Origin: an uncultured Chloroflexia bacterium
GTDB lineage: Bacteria; Chloroflexota; Limnocylindria; Limnocylindrales; CSP1-4
DNA: 64,000 bases
Reading direction: 5' to 3'
NCBI GenBank assembly: GCA_963828165.1
Contig: CAWHDR010000005.1
Location: 192,001 to 256,000, forward strand
A program made the translations under genes and the position numbers. The notes under the pieces are model-generated. The model was not told where the DNA came from, did no database searches, and worked only from the letters and a program-made list of their open reading frames with translations. Every line of letters begins with the position of its first letter. Within the stretch, counting starts at the first letter, position 1. This document shows, one piece after another, positions 1-7,909 of the stretch.

Positions 1-6
1 TCGGCG

Positions 7-47
7 GGCTTATGAGTCCCCCTGCTCTACCACTGAGCTACTCCGCC
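7..47 (-). tRNA. tRNA-Met(CAT) 5' half (fragment, copy 1)
   Basis: Reverse complement reads GGCGGAGTAGCTCAGTGGTAGAGCAGGGGGACTCATAAGCC: acceptor 5' strand, D-arm and anticodon arm. Has one extra G versus the other copies. The few bases beyond it match copy 3's non-tRNA flank; the window edge hides the rest. Confidence 0.8.
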
Positions 48-127
48 GTGGCAATTCAAGATTACCGAGCGTAAACGGCCTCGGCAACCGCTGGAAATGC
101 AGCACATAACTATCGAACAGCACATAC
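9..127. repeat. att-like junction: tRNA half plus cassette left arm
   Basis: Near-identical to 1449-1567. Contains AGCACATAAC/AGCACATAC direct repeats at 101-110 and 119-127. Confidence 0.85.
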
Positions 128-1448
128 CTGTTCTCACGGATGTCAGCTTTTGCCGACGACACGGACGTACCATCAGGTGGACAGGGCACGATGTGCCATG
201 AGCTGGCACTCGGCGATTGAGCGACCCCGGAGGGCCTCCCAGATGCGAGCAATGGTGGCTGAGAGCTCGGCCCCCGGCAGGATCGCGTTGCGGGAGGTTC
301 GGGAGCCGGTGCCGGCGCCCGGTGAAGTGCTCGTGGACGTGCGTGCATTCTCGATCAATCGGGGCGAGATGAGGATGCTCGGAACGGCTAACGACGGCTG
401 GCGTCCCGGATGGGACTTCGCCGGCATCCTGCGGTCCGACGTCGAAAACGGCCTGAAAGCTGGCGCCCGGGTGGTCGGCATCCGGCGAGGCGGGAGTTGG
501 GCCGAGCAGGTGGCGGTTCACGAAGGATGGATCGCCGAGTTGCCTGGTGGAGTCTCCTTTGCTCAAGGGGCGACGCTACCAACGGCCGGCCTGGCAGCCC
601 TGCGCATGCTGAGAATGGGACCATCGATCCTCGGTCGCCGAGTCTTGGTGACGGGGGCCTCGGGCGGTGTCGGTCGGTTTGCCATCCAGCTGGCCCACCT
701 CGGTGGCGCGGAGGTAACGGCGATGGTCAGCAGCCGATCGGCGCGGGCCGGGGGCCTTCGCCAGCTCGGTGCCGATGACGTGGTCTCGGACGTCGACCAG
801 CTCCGGGGTCGTTTCGACCTCATCCTCGAGTCGGTGGGAGGCGAAACGCTCGGCCGACTCGTCACCAAAGTCGACGCCCGAGGGACGCTGATCATGTTCG
901 GCAACACCTCCGACGAACCAACCACGTTCAACGTCCGCGACGTCTACAACGATGCCCTCGTCCGTCTTCAGGGGTTCGAGTTGTTCTTCGGTGGCGATCC
1001 GTTCGGTCGCGACCTCGGGTACCTCGCCTCACTTGTGGCCGACGACAAGCTCGATCCTCAGCTCGGTGCTGAGCTGCCCTGGGAGGAGATCACCGGGGCG
1101 ATGGATCGGCTGCAGAATTGGGACGTCGCCGGGAAGGTCGCCCTCACGCTCGGCGAACCCGCGGGTTGAGCGTCAGTCGACGTACTGAAGAGGCACGACC
1201 AACCTGGAACCCGCCACGACATTCGAGGCCGCCGAAGCCGTCGCCGCGGCAGAACCGGGATCTTGGTTCGGGCGGACACGGTGCCAGATTACCGAGCGAC
1301 CGCTTGTGCCGTTAGGTGAGACGATGGCGAATCAGGTATGAGCTCTATCGGAGTTATGTGCTCTTGGCTCGACCGCCGATAGAGCCTATAAGTCACCCGA
1401 TTCGTGCTTGGGTCCCACTCGGGAAAGCACAGCGCATCGAAGAAGTGA
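48..1448. mobile_element. Non-autonomous cassette A (~1.44 kb) between tRNA-half repeats
   Basis: Bounded by repeated tRNA-half/arm sequences, one cargo gene, no recombinase. Confidence 0.6.
243..1169 (+). CDS. Zinc-binding dehydrogenase / quinone oxidoreductase (MDR family)
   Basis: GroES-like N-terminus (P.P.PGEVLVDV) and Rossmann VLVTGASGGVG. ATG 243 follows GGAGGG. Confidence 0.9.
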   Translation: MRAMVAESSAPGRIALREVREPVPAPGEVLVDVRAFSINRGEMRMLGTANDGWRPGWDFAGILRSDVENGLKAGARVVGIRRGGSWAEQVAVHEGWIAELPGGVSFAQGATLPTAGLAALRMLRMGPSILGRRVLVTGASGGVGRFAIQLAHLGGAEVTAMVSSRSARAGGLRQLGADDVVSDVDQLRGRFDLILESVGGETLGRLVTKVDARGTLIMFGNTSDEPTTFNVRDVYNDALVRLQGFELFFGGDPFGRDLGYLASLVADDKLDPQLGAELPWEEITGAMDRLQNWDVAGKVALTLGEPAG

Positions 1449-1567
1449 CTTATGAGTCCCCTGCTCTACCACTGAGCTACTCCGCCGTGGCAATTCAAGA
1501 TTACCGAGCGTAACCGCCTCGGCAACCGCTGCCCGTTGCAGCGCATGACTATCGAACAGCGCATGAC
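1336..1567. repeat. att-like junction (right arm + tRNA-Met 5' half + left arm)
   Basis: 1336-1487 matches 3836-3985 and 1449-1567 matches 9-127. Confidence 0.85.
1449..1486 (-). tRNA. tRNA-Met(CAT) 5' half (fragment, copy 2)
   Basis: GGCGGAGTAGCTCAGTGGTAGAGCAGGGGACTCATAAG, then diverges; no T-arm follows. Confidence 0.8.
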
Positions 1568-1636
1568 TCCCGACACGGTGCCAGGACGTCAGCGTCGCCC
1601 CCGGTGGACGGCGGAGGTGTGGCCTTTACCGAGTCG

Positions 1637-2368
1637 TCAGCCGGCGACGGCGAGTGTGGGCGCTTTGCGAGGCGTCGTCGCAGAGGCCGCTCGTGGCCTT
1701 GAGTCCTCAGGCCGGAACCAGCCCGGCATGTCCCGGACCAGGTCTGGATCGCCGTACAAGGCGACCGACGCATCGGCGATCGCCGAGCCCCACGTCTGAA
1801 GACCCCGCGAGATCGGATAGAGGGTCGTGGCGTCCGCCTCCACGTGGACATACCGCTCGGGTGGTAGGCCCGGATCGTCGAAGCAGATCGACGGCAGGGC
1901 GCCCCGCTCGAGCACGAGCCAGATCTTCTTGGCACGCAGCCCGCCGACCTCGAACTCGAGGACCGCGCGCCGCTCGGGCGCGGTCGACGGGTCGGCTCGA
2001 TGGGTCATCCACAACATGATCACGTCGGGATCGCGCTGCACCATCGCGGGATCCTCCGGGACCCAGCGCTCTGCCCAGCTGTGGAGCGACATGAGCGTCG
2101 GGACGAGCTGCTCGCCTGCCGGCGTGAGGCGGTGGGGTGCCGGGCGCGCCGGTGCAGAACGGCCGGTGCGCTCGATGATGCCGAGCTCCTCGAGCTTGCG
2201 CAACCGCCGCGCCAACACCGAGCGCGAGATGCTTGGAAGCGTGTCGGCCAGGGCGTTGAAGCCGAGCGACCCGTGGCTCGCCAGCTCGCGGACGATCAGG
2301 AGGCTCCAGCGGTCTCCGAGGTGTTCGACCGCCTTCGTGAAGCTGCAGTAGTCGCCTGACCCCTTCAT
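1637..2368 (-). CDS. HxlR-family winged-helix regulator with C-terminal SCP2-like domain
   Basis: YCSFTKAVEHLGDRWSLLIVREL...ISRSVLARRLRKLE, typical of HxlR. Confidence 0.9.
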   Translation of the reverse strand: MKGSGDYCSFTKAVEHLGDRWSLLIVRELASHGSLGFNALADTLPSISRSVLARRLRKLEELGIIERTGRSAPARPAPHRLTPAGEQLVPTLMSLHSWAERWVPEDPAMVQRDPDVIMLWMTHRADPSTAPERRAVLEFEVGGLRAKKIWLVLERGALPSICFDDPGLPPERYVHVEADATTLYPISRGLQTWGSAIADASVALYGDPDLVRDMPGWFRPEDSRPRAASATTPRKAPTLAVAG

Positions 2369-2398
2369 GGCTACATTCTCGCACCCACGGCAAAGCGC

Positions 2399-2421
2399 AA
2401 CAGTTCTTCGCGAGAACTGTT
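2399..2421. promoter_or_regulatory. Palindromic operator, probably for the HxlR regulator
   Basis: AACAGTTCT-N5-AGAACTGTT perfect inverted repeat in the divergent intergenic region. Confidence 0.65.
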
Positions 2422-2512
2422 CAGCTCGATGGCGGCGTGCCTATGGTCCCTCAAGAAGCGTACGGGTAGCGGCCGGTCGGACGGCGGGTGCGGCGTGCAG
2501 GAGGTCAACGAG

Positions 2513-3775
2513 ATGCAGATAACCACTTTGCCCGAATCGGTCGACACTCTGATCATCGGGGCCGGCCAGGCCGGGCTAGCGACGTCATGGATGCTGGGCG
2601 CTGCCCGCCAGGAGCACCTCGTGCTCGAGCGGCGCGACCGGCTCGGCGGAGGTTGGCAGGACCGCTGGGACGCGTTCACCCTCGTCACCCCAAACTGGAT
2701 TGCCTCGTTTCCGGGTTGGCCCTACGACGGCCCCGACCCGGACGGCTTCATGGGCCGCGATTCGATCGTCGAGCGCGTCGCCCGCTACGCGCATGTCGTC
2801 GACGCGCCGGTCGCGCTCGGGACCGCGGTCGAGCGGCTCACGCCGGCGAAAGGTGGCCCATTCCGAGTGAGGACGAATCGCGGCGACATCACCGCGCAGC
2901 GGGTCGTCGTCGCCACCGGCAGCTACCACGTCCCGCAGATTCCGCCGCCGGCTGCGCGCATCGCACCGAGAGTCACCCAGCTCCATTCGCACGACTACCG
3001 AAACGAGTCGATGCTGCCCGAGGGCGCTGTCCTCGTCGTCGGATCCGGCCAGACCGGCGTGCAGCTCGCGGAAGAGCTGTCCGACGCCGGACGCCGTGTC
3101 TACCTCTCGGTCGGGGCGGCCGGCCGAGCGCCGCGGCGGTATCGCGGGGTCGACATCTTCGGCTGGCTCGCCCAGATCGCGCGGCGGGGCCCAGAGTTCG
3201 GACTCGGCCTCCCGACGGTCGACGTGCTCCCGGACCCGAATCTGAAGTTCGCCGCCAACCCGCACGTCTCGGGACGAAATGGTGGCCACGATACGAACCT
3301 TCGGCGGTTCGCAGCGGACGGGATGCAGCTCGCCGGACGCCTCGTAGCGGCCGACGGCGAGCGCGTCACCTTCGCCGACGATCTGCCCGCGAAACTCGTC
3401 CACGCTGACCGGTTCTTCGACGATCACCTGCGGGACCTGATCGAGACCTTTATCGATAAGGCCGGCCTTGACATGCCGCCGGACGACCGCGTGCCATTCG
3501 ACTACGAGCCGCGTGCACTCACCGAGCTCGACCTGGAGAGTGCCGGGGTCTCGACGATCATCTGGGCGACCGGCTACGCCCTCGACTACGGCTGGATCGA
3601 TGCCCCGATCTTCGGCGAGCGCGGCTATCCACGGAACGAGCGTGGCGTGACCGAGATTCCCGGCCTCTTCTTCGTCGGCCTGCTCTGGCAGCACACCCAA
3701 GCGTCAGCGACCCTCGTCGGGCCGGCCCTGGACGGGCCGTACGTCGCGGAGAAGTTGACGATGGCGGCTGTGTGA
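2513..3775 (+). CDS. FAD/NAD(P)-dependent oxidoreductase (flavin monooxygenase, CzcO-like)
   Basis: IIGAGQAG, QLHSHDYRN, VVGSGQTG and IIWATGY motifs. AGGAGG precedes ATG 2513. Confidence 0.9.
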   Translation: MQITTLPESVDTLIIGAGQAGLATSWMLGAARQEHLVLERRDRLGGGWQDRWDAFTLVTPNWIASFPGWPYDGPDPDGFMGRDSIVERVARYAHVVDAPVALGTAVERLTPAKGGPFRVRTNRGDITAQRVVVATGSYHVPQIPPPAARIAPRVTQLHSHDYRNESMLPEGAVLVVGSGQTGVQLAEELSDAGRRVYLSVGAAGRAPRRYRGVDIFGWLAQIARRGPEFGLGLPTVDVLPDPNLKFAANPHVSGRNGGHDTNLRRFAADGMQLAGRLVAADGERVTFADDLPAKLVHADRFFDDHLRDLIETFIDKAGLDMPPDDRVPFDYEPRALTELDLESAGVSTIIWATGYALDYGWIDAPIFGERGYPRNERGVTEIPGLFFVGLLWQHTQASATLVGPALDGPYVAEKLTMAAV

Positions 3776-3835
3776 GTACGCGCAGTCACAGATCCATCCC
3801 GTTTCTAGGCTCGCTGGAGTGAAGGTACGGATTAG

Positions 3836-3985
3836 ATATGCGCTCTATCCGAGTTATGTGCTCCAGGGTCGACCACCGATAGAGCCGATAAGTCACCCTG
3901 TTCGTGCGTGGTCCCACTCGGGAAAGCACAGCGGATAGATCGGCGGGCTATGAGTCCCCTGCTCTACCACTGAGCTACTCCGCCG
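3836..3985. repeat. Cassette right arm plus tRNA half (array boundary)
   Basis: ~150 bp similar to 1336-1487 at an offset of ~2500; sequence beyond 3985 is unique. Confidence 0.85.
3945..3984 (-). tRNA. tRNA-Met(CAT) 5' half (fragment, copy 3; likely the displaced original 5' end)
   Basis: GGCGGAGTAGCTCAGTGGTAGAGCAGGGGACTCATAGCCC, with a distinct upstream -10-like TAGATT. Confidence 0.8.
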
Positions 3986-4055
3986 CACGTTGAATCTAAA
4001 CGAGGCGGGTCCAGAGCGGCAAACGCGGTCCCGATGGCCGACCGCCGGCGATCGC

Positions 4056-4382
4056 CTACTTGCCGGGCGCCTTGTACTTGATCGACTGGGCCTTCTCGAG
4101 CGCCGCCAGCGTCTCGTCGACGGTGAGCAGCACGGTCGTCTCGAACGAGCTCAGGGCTCCGCCCGCGCCGATGGCGACGGCGGCCGCGGCCATCGACACG
4201 TTGTCGGGGGCTTCCCAGAGGTTGTAGGCATCGTGGTCGCCAAAGGCGTACCAGAAGCCGTGCAGCTTGCCGCCCACCGATTCGATGTATTGCTGGGCGG
4301 CAGCCCGTCGATCCTCGGGCTTCTTGATGAGCCGCGCCCACGTTTCCGGGGTGTAGCTGAACCGCGTCAGGTACATCGGCAT
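4056..4382 (-). CDS. GYD domain-containing protein
   Basis: YTPETW...ESVGGKLHGFWYAFGDHD pattern; RBS GAGGAG. Confidence 0.85.
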   Translation of the reverse strand: MPMYLTRFSYTPETWARLIKKPEDRRAAAQQYIESVGGKLHGFWYAFGDHDAYNLWEAPDNVSMAAAAVAIGAGGALSSFETTVLLTVDETLAALEKAQSIKYKAPGK

Positions 4383-4426
4383 CGATGCCTCTCCTCTTCC
4401 TGTTTGCTGGAATGCCGGCCGACGAG

Positions 4427-6235
4427 CTAGCCCGTGCCCACCCGCGTGATGCCCACCATCCGATGGTAATGGGACACGAACACGTCCCGGTGGACCACGG
4501 CCCCAGCGGCGTTACGGACCGTCCGCGTGATCGACACGTCCTTTCCGTCGACGGGCCACTCGATGCGCTCGCTCTTCCCGCGTGGCAGGGACGACGTCTT
4601 CTGGACGGTGTCATAGCCGCCGACGACGTTGCTGACGCTGGGCCGACTCCAGGAGACGGTCCGACCGTTCGGGACGCTCCAGATCTCGAACCGGACCGTG
4701 CCCGGCGACGCGAAGGCCTTGATCAGGACCGGGTGCTTCGTGTCGTTGCGGAAGCGCATCGACTGCGATCCCGAGACCGTGGCATCCAGGCCGAGCGGAT
4801 AGCGGGTGATGTAGTACCAGTGCGGTGAACGGGTCACGATCTGGAGACCGGCTCGCGCGGCGGCATTGAAGAGCGTCGTCGAGGTGGCACAGATCCCACC
4901 CGCCAGGGCCTTGCCCTCGACCGAGTGACCGCCCACGATGGCCCCACCGAGGCGGTAGCCGGTCCGGAAGCTGACTTCGCCGATCGCGTCCCAGAAGTCG
5001 AACAGCGCCCCGGGTTGGACCACATAGCCATCGAGCCGACGCGCGGGGATCGAGATGTTCGCGGCGAACCCGTTGTGGGCACTCGGGGTGTAGTAGGTCG
5101 ACCAGCTGCCCATCAGGAGCACCATCGGTGCCTTCTTCTTCGCCTCTTCCGTCGACAGCTTCGGGGCGACCTGCATCGTCTTGACCTTGACCGCGTTGTC
5201 GGTCGCCGACCCCTCGAGCCGCGCGGCGAGCGCCGCCACGACGCCGCTGGCCGTGGCCTTCACGTCGAGCGCGCGTCCGAGCCGCGATGCCGTGACCCCG
5301 AAGACGCCACCGGCACGCGTCCGCAGGTAGCGTGCCTCGGTCGGGGCACGGTGGAGGTCCTTCGCGAAGCGCTTGACGACGGCCGGCACGCCGGCCGGAT
5401 CGAGGTTTGGCGCATAGGCCGCGCCCAGACCGTCGAACGTCATCCACATGCGGATGCGCGCCGCCCGGATCTCCCATCTCTGCTTGCCGTGGGTGAGGAC
5501 GAGCTTCGTGGCGATCCGCTCGGCGACCTCGTAGGCGCGCCGGGCGTCCGCGTCGCTGATGGCCGGGGGCACCGGGACGCTGTCAGCCGAGAAGTCGAGG
5601 GCCGCCGGCGACGCCGGATCGAGGAGGGCCGCCGTGATCGCCGGAGCGATCCCGCTCGTGTCGACTTCGACGCCGTCGACGGCCGTCGACATCGTCAGGG
5701 CCTCCCTGGTCGAGCTGACGCCGGCGTCCCGGGGCTGGCGGTATCCCCGCTCGGCGAACGCCGCCAGCTCGGCCGCGAGGCGATCCGCTTCGAAGCTCAG
5801 GAGCGTCGGCATCGAGACGGGTCGGGTCAGCTGCCGAACCCCTTCGAGCGCCTCATCGAAGCGCGTGCCATCGCGACCCACCGCAGCGGCCCGGTCGAGC
5901 ATCCCGTCGAAGTCGACCTCGCGAGCGACGACGGCGTACGGGATGACGGCGTAGCCGGTTCCCGAGCGCACGGTGACGGCCCCATCCTCGAGCTTGCCCA
6001 GCGCCGAGCCGAGCGCGAGACGGGCATCGGCGCGGGTCATGCCACCGATCGCGACGCCGCCGACCTGGACGCCCGGCAGGATCCGATCCACGTACGCCTG
6101 CCGGAACGCGATCACGCCCAAAGTCACCAGCAGGACGCCCAGCAACGCGCCGAACACGAATCCGCGGGCTGTGCGCCCCGGTCGCGGGATGCGCAGCGCT
6201 CGGACCACTGGTGCTAACGGACGGGTCACGGCCAT
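4427..6235 (-). CDS. VanW family protein with peptidoglycan-binding domains
   Basis: N-terminal TM, ILPGVQVGGV, C-terminal AGGICATSTTLFNAA...RYPLGLDATV. Confidence 0.85.
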   Translation of the reverse strand: MAVTRPLAPVVRALRIPRPGRTARGFVFGALLGVLLVTLGVIAFRQAYVDRILPGVQVGGVAIGGMTRADARLALGSALGKLEDGAVTVRSGTGYAVIPYAVVAREVDFDGMLDRAAAVGRDGTRFDEALEGVRQLTRPVSMPTLLSFEADRLAAELAAFAERGYRQPRDAGVSSTREALTMSTAVDGVEVDTSGIAPAITAALLDPASPAALDFSADSVPVPPAISDADARRAYEVAERIATKLVLTHGKQRWEIRAARIRMWMTFDGLGAAYAPNLDPAGVPAVVKRFAKDLHRAPTEARYLRTRAGGVFGVTASRLGRALDVKATASGVVAALAARLEGSATDNAVKVKTMQVAPKLSTEEAKKKAPMVLLMGSWSTYYTPSAHNGFAANISIPARRLDGYVVQPGALFDFWDAIGEVSFRTGYRLGGAIVGGHSVEGKALAGGICATSTTLFNAAARAGLQIVTRSPHWYYITRYPLGLDATVSGSQSMRFRNDTKHPVLIKAFASPGTVRFEIWSVPNGRTVSWSRPSVSNVVGGYDTVQKTSSLPRGKSERIEWPVDGKDVSITRTVRNAAGAVVHRDVFVSHYHRMVGITRVGTG

Positions 6236-6343
6236 CGGGCGAACACCTGCCTGGGACGCGGGCCATACCTGCGTCAGGTGTGGGAGCCTACGACACCCGC
6301 GTCCCGGCGAGAAGGGGGTAATCCGGGCGCGATCGCCCGCGCG

Positions 6344-7250
6344 TCACGAGGCGAACGTGTCGCAGTCGTCCGAGTTGCCGCTCCGGTAGCCCGCCGTGAA
6401 CCATTGGACGCGCTGCTCGGCCGAACCGTGGGTCCAGGATTCGGGGTCGATCCGGCCGGTCGTCGCCTCCTGGATCCGGTCATCGCCGACGGCCTGGGCC
6501 GCGCTCACGGCTTCCTGGACATCGCCGGCCTCGAGGTCCGACGCAGCCGAATGGGCCCACACGCCCGCCAGGCAGTCCGCCTGCAACTCCTGGCGCACGG
6601 AGAGGTCGTTCGCCTGGCTCGGGTCCTGCTGCGCGAGCTCCTGCACGCGCTGTGAGATCCCAAGGACCGTCTGGATGTGGTGGCCGTATTCGTGGGAAAT
6701 GACGTACGCCATCGCGAAGTCGCCGCCCGAGGCACCGAACCTCGACTCGAGCTCATCGAAGAAGCCGATGTCCAGGTAGACCTTCTGGTCCGCGGGGCAG
6801 TAGAAGGGTCCGGTCGCCGACGAGGCCGGGCCGCAGGCCGACTGCGTCGAGCTTTCGAACAGCACCAGCTTGGTCTCGGGATAGTCCTTGCCGGAGGTCC
6901 GAAACTGGTCCTCCCAGAACAGTTCGATCGACTCGACGATGTAGGCGATCTGCTGGTCGGTGTCGCTCTGGGGATTCAGCGTCCCGCCGGGCTCGGCCGC
7001 GCCCCCACCCAGGCCGCCCAGACCGGGGATCCCGCCACCGCCGCCACCGAGGATCCCGCTGAACAGCAGGAACAGCACGACGACCACGATGATGGTCCCG
7101 ATCCCGCCGCCGGCCTTGCCGCCCGGGATCGGGATGGGGATCGCCTCCGCCGCCTCCGCCGCCCCCGAAAACGTCGCCCAGGCCCCCACCCGTGCTCTGG
7201 CCACGCCGATCCTCGATCCGGCCGAAGCCGGTGTTCCGCTTCCATTTCAT
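6344..7250 (-). CDS. Neutral zinc metallopeptidase (YpfJ family), frameshifted near 7140
   Basis: N-terminus MKWKR..IEDRRG is in one frame; GPFYCPAD, HEYGHHIQ, ELQADCLAG and THGS are in another. Confidence 0.85.
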
Positions 7251-7374
7251 GACGTGCTGGGGTCTCCTCGACGCAAGTGCCGACAGCGTACGGCCGGCGG
7301 CCGCGACTGCGTGTCGCAATGCCGGCGGGCAGCCTTGCAGCAGCATCGCGTGGCGGTGCTCACGGAGGACGCGC

Positions 7375-7881
7375 TCAGACGACTTCGTGCAGGCGCCCGG
7401 TCAGGACGTCGAACACGAGTCCATGGACCGGCACCCGCCGCAGGAGCTGGTGTTCGCGCAGGAGTGCGACCTGGGCCCGCACGCTCGCGGCCAGGTCGCT
7501 GAATCCGCCGAACTCGAGCCCGATGTCCTCCGCCGTCACCCCGACGGCGGCGGCGAGTCGCTCGCGCAGGGCGGCCTCGTCGACGTCGTGGAGACCGCAG
7601 CCCGTGTGCTGGATCACGACGATCTCGTCCGTGCCGAGGAGCTGCTGGCTCACGATCAGCGAGCGGATGACGTCATCGGTCACGAGCCCGCCGGCGTTGC
7701 GGATGACGTGCGCGTCACCCGTCCGCAATCCGAGCGCCTCCCCGGTGTCGAGGCGCGCGTCCATGCAGGCCACGATCGCGAGACCACTCAGGGGCGCCGC
7801 GGTGAGCGCCGACCGATCGAACGCTTCCGAGTACCGCTCGTTCGCCTCCAGGAGCCGCGCGTACTCGGCACCGTCGGTCAT
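7375..7881 (-). CDS. Beta-class carbonic anhydrase
   Basis: CMDARL, RNAGG and HTGCG motifs. Confidence 0.92.
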   Translation of the reverse strand: MTDGAEYARLLEANERYSEAFDRSALTAAPLSGLAIVACMDARLDTGEALGLRTGDAHVIRNAGGLVTDDVIRSLIVSQQLLGTDEIVVIQHTGCGLHDVDEAALRERLAAAVGVTAEDIGLEFGGFSDLAASVRAQVALLREHQLLRRVPVHGLVFDVLTGRLHEVV

Positions 7882-7909
7882 GCCCGGTCAGCTTCCTGCG
7901 CGCCGCGGA

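Larger units (their letters stand above)
1488..3945. mobile_element. Non-autonomous cassette B (~2.5 kb)
   Basis: Bounded by the same arms; carries a divergent regulator-enzyme pair and no recombinase. Confidence 0.6.

Noticed and set aside
7-47. Functional full-length tRNA
   Set aside because: The bases after the anticodon stem match copy 3's non-tRNA arm (GCCGA) rather than a variable loop/T-arm. The window edge limits certainty.
3800-3984. Group I intron interrupting a CAT-anticodon tRNA (Azoarcus-like)
   Set aside because: No P7/R-S core motifs and no 3' exon (T-arm GTTCRA, CCA) nearby; tRNA similarity continues a few bases past the anticodon; the unit repeats around protein genes.
1-3990. 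CRISPR array or classical integron attC array
   Set aside because: Repeats are tRNA-derived, >100 bp and kb-spaced; no cas or intI genes and no RYYYAAC...GTTRRRY attC structure seen.
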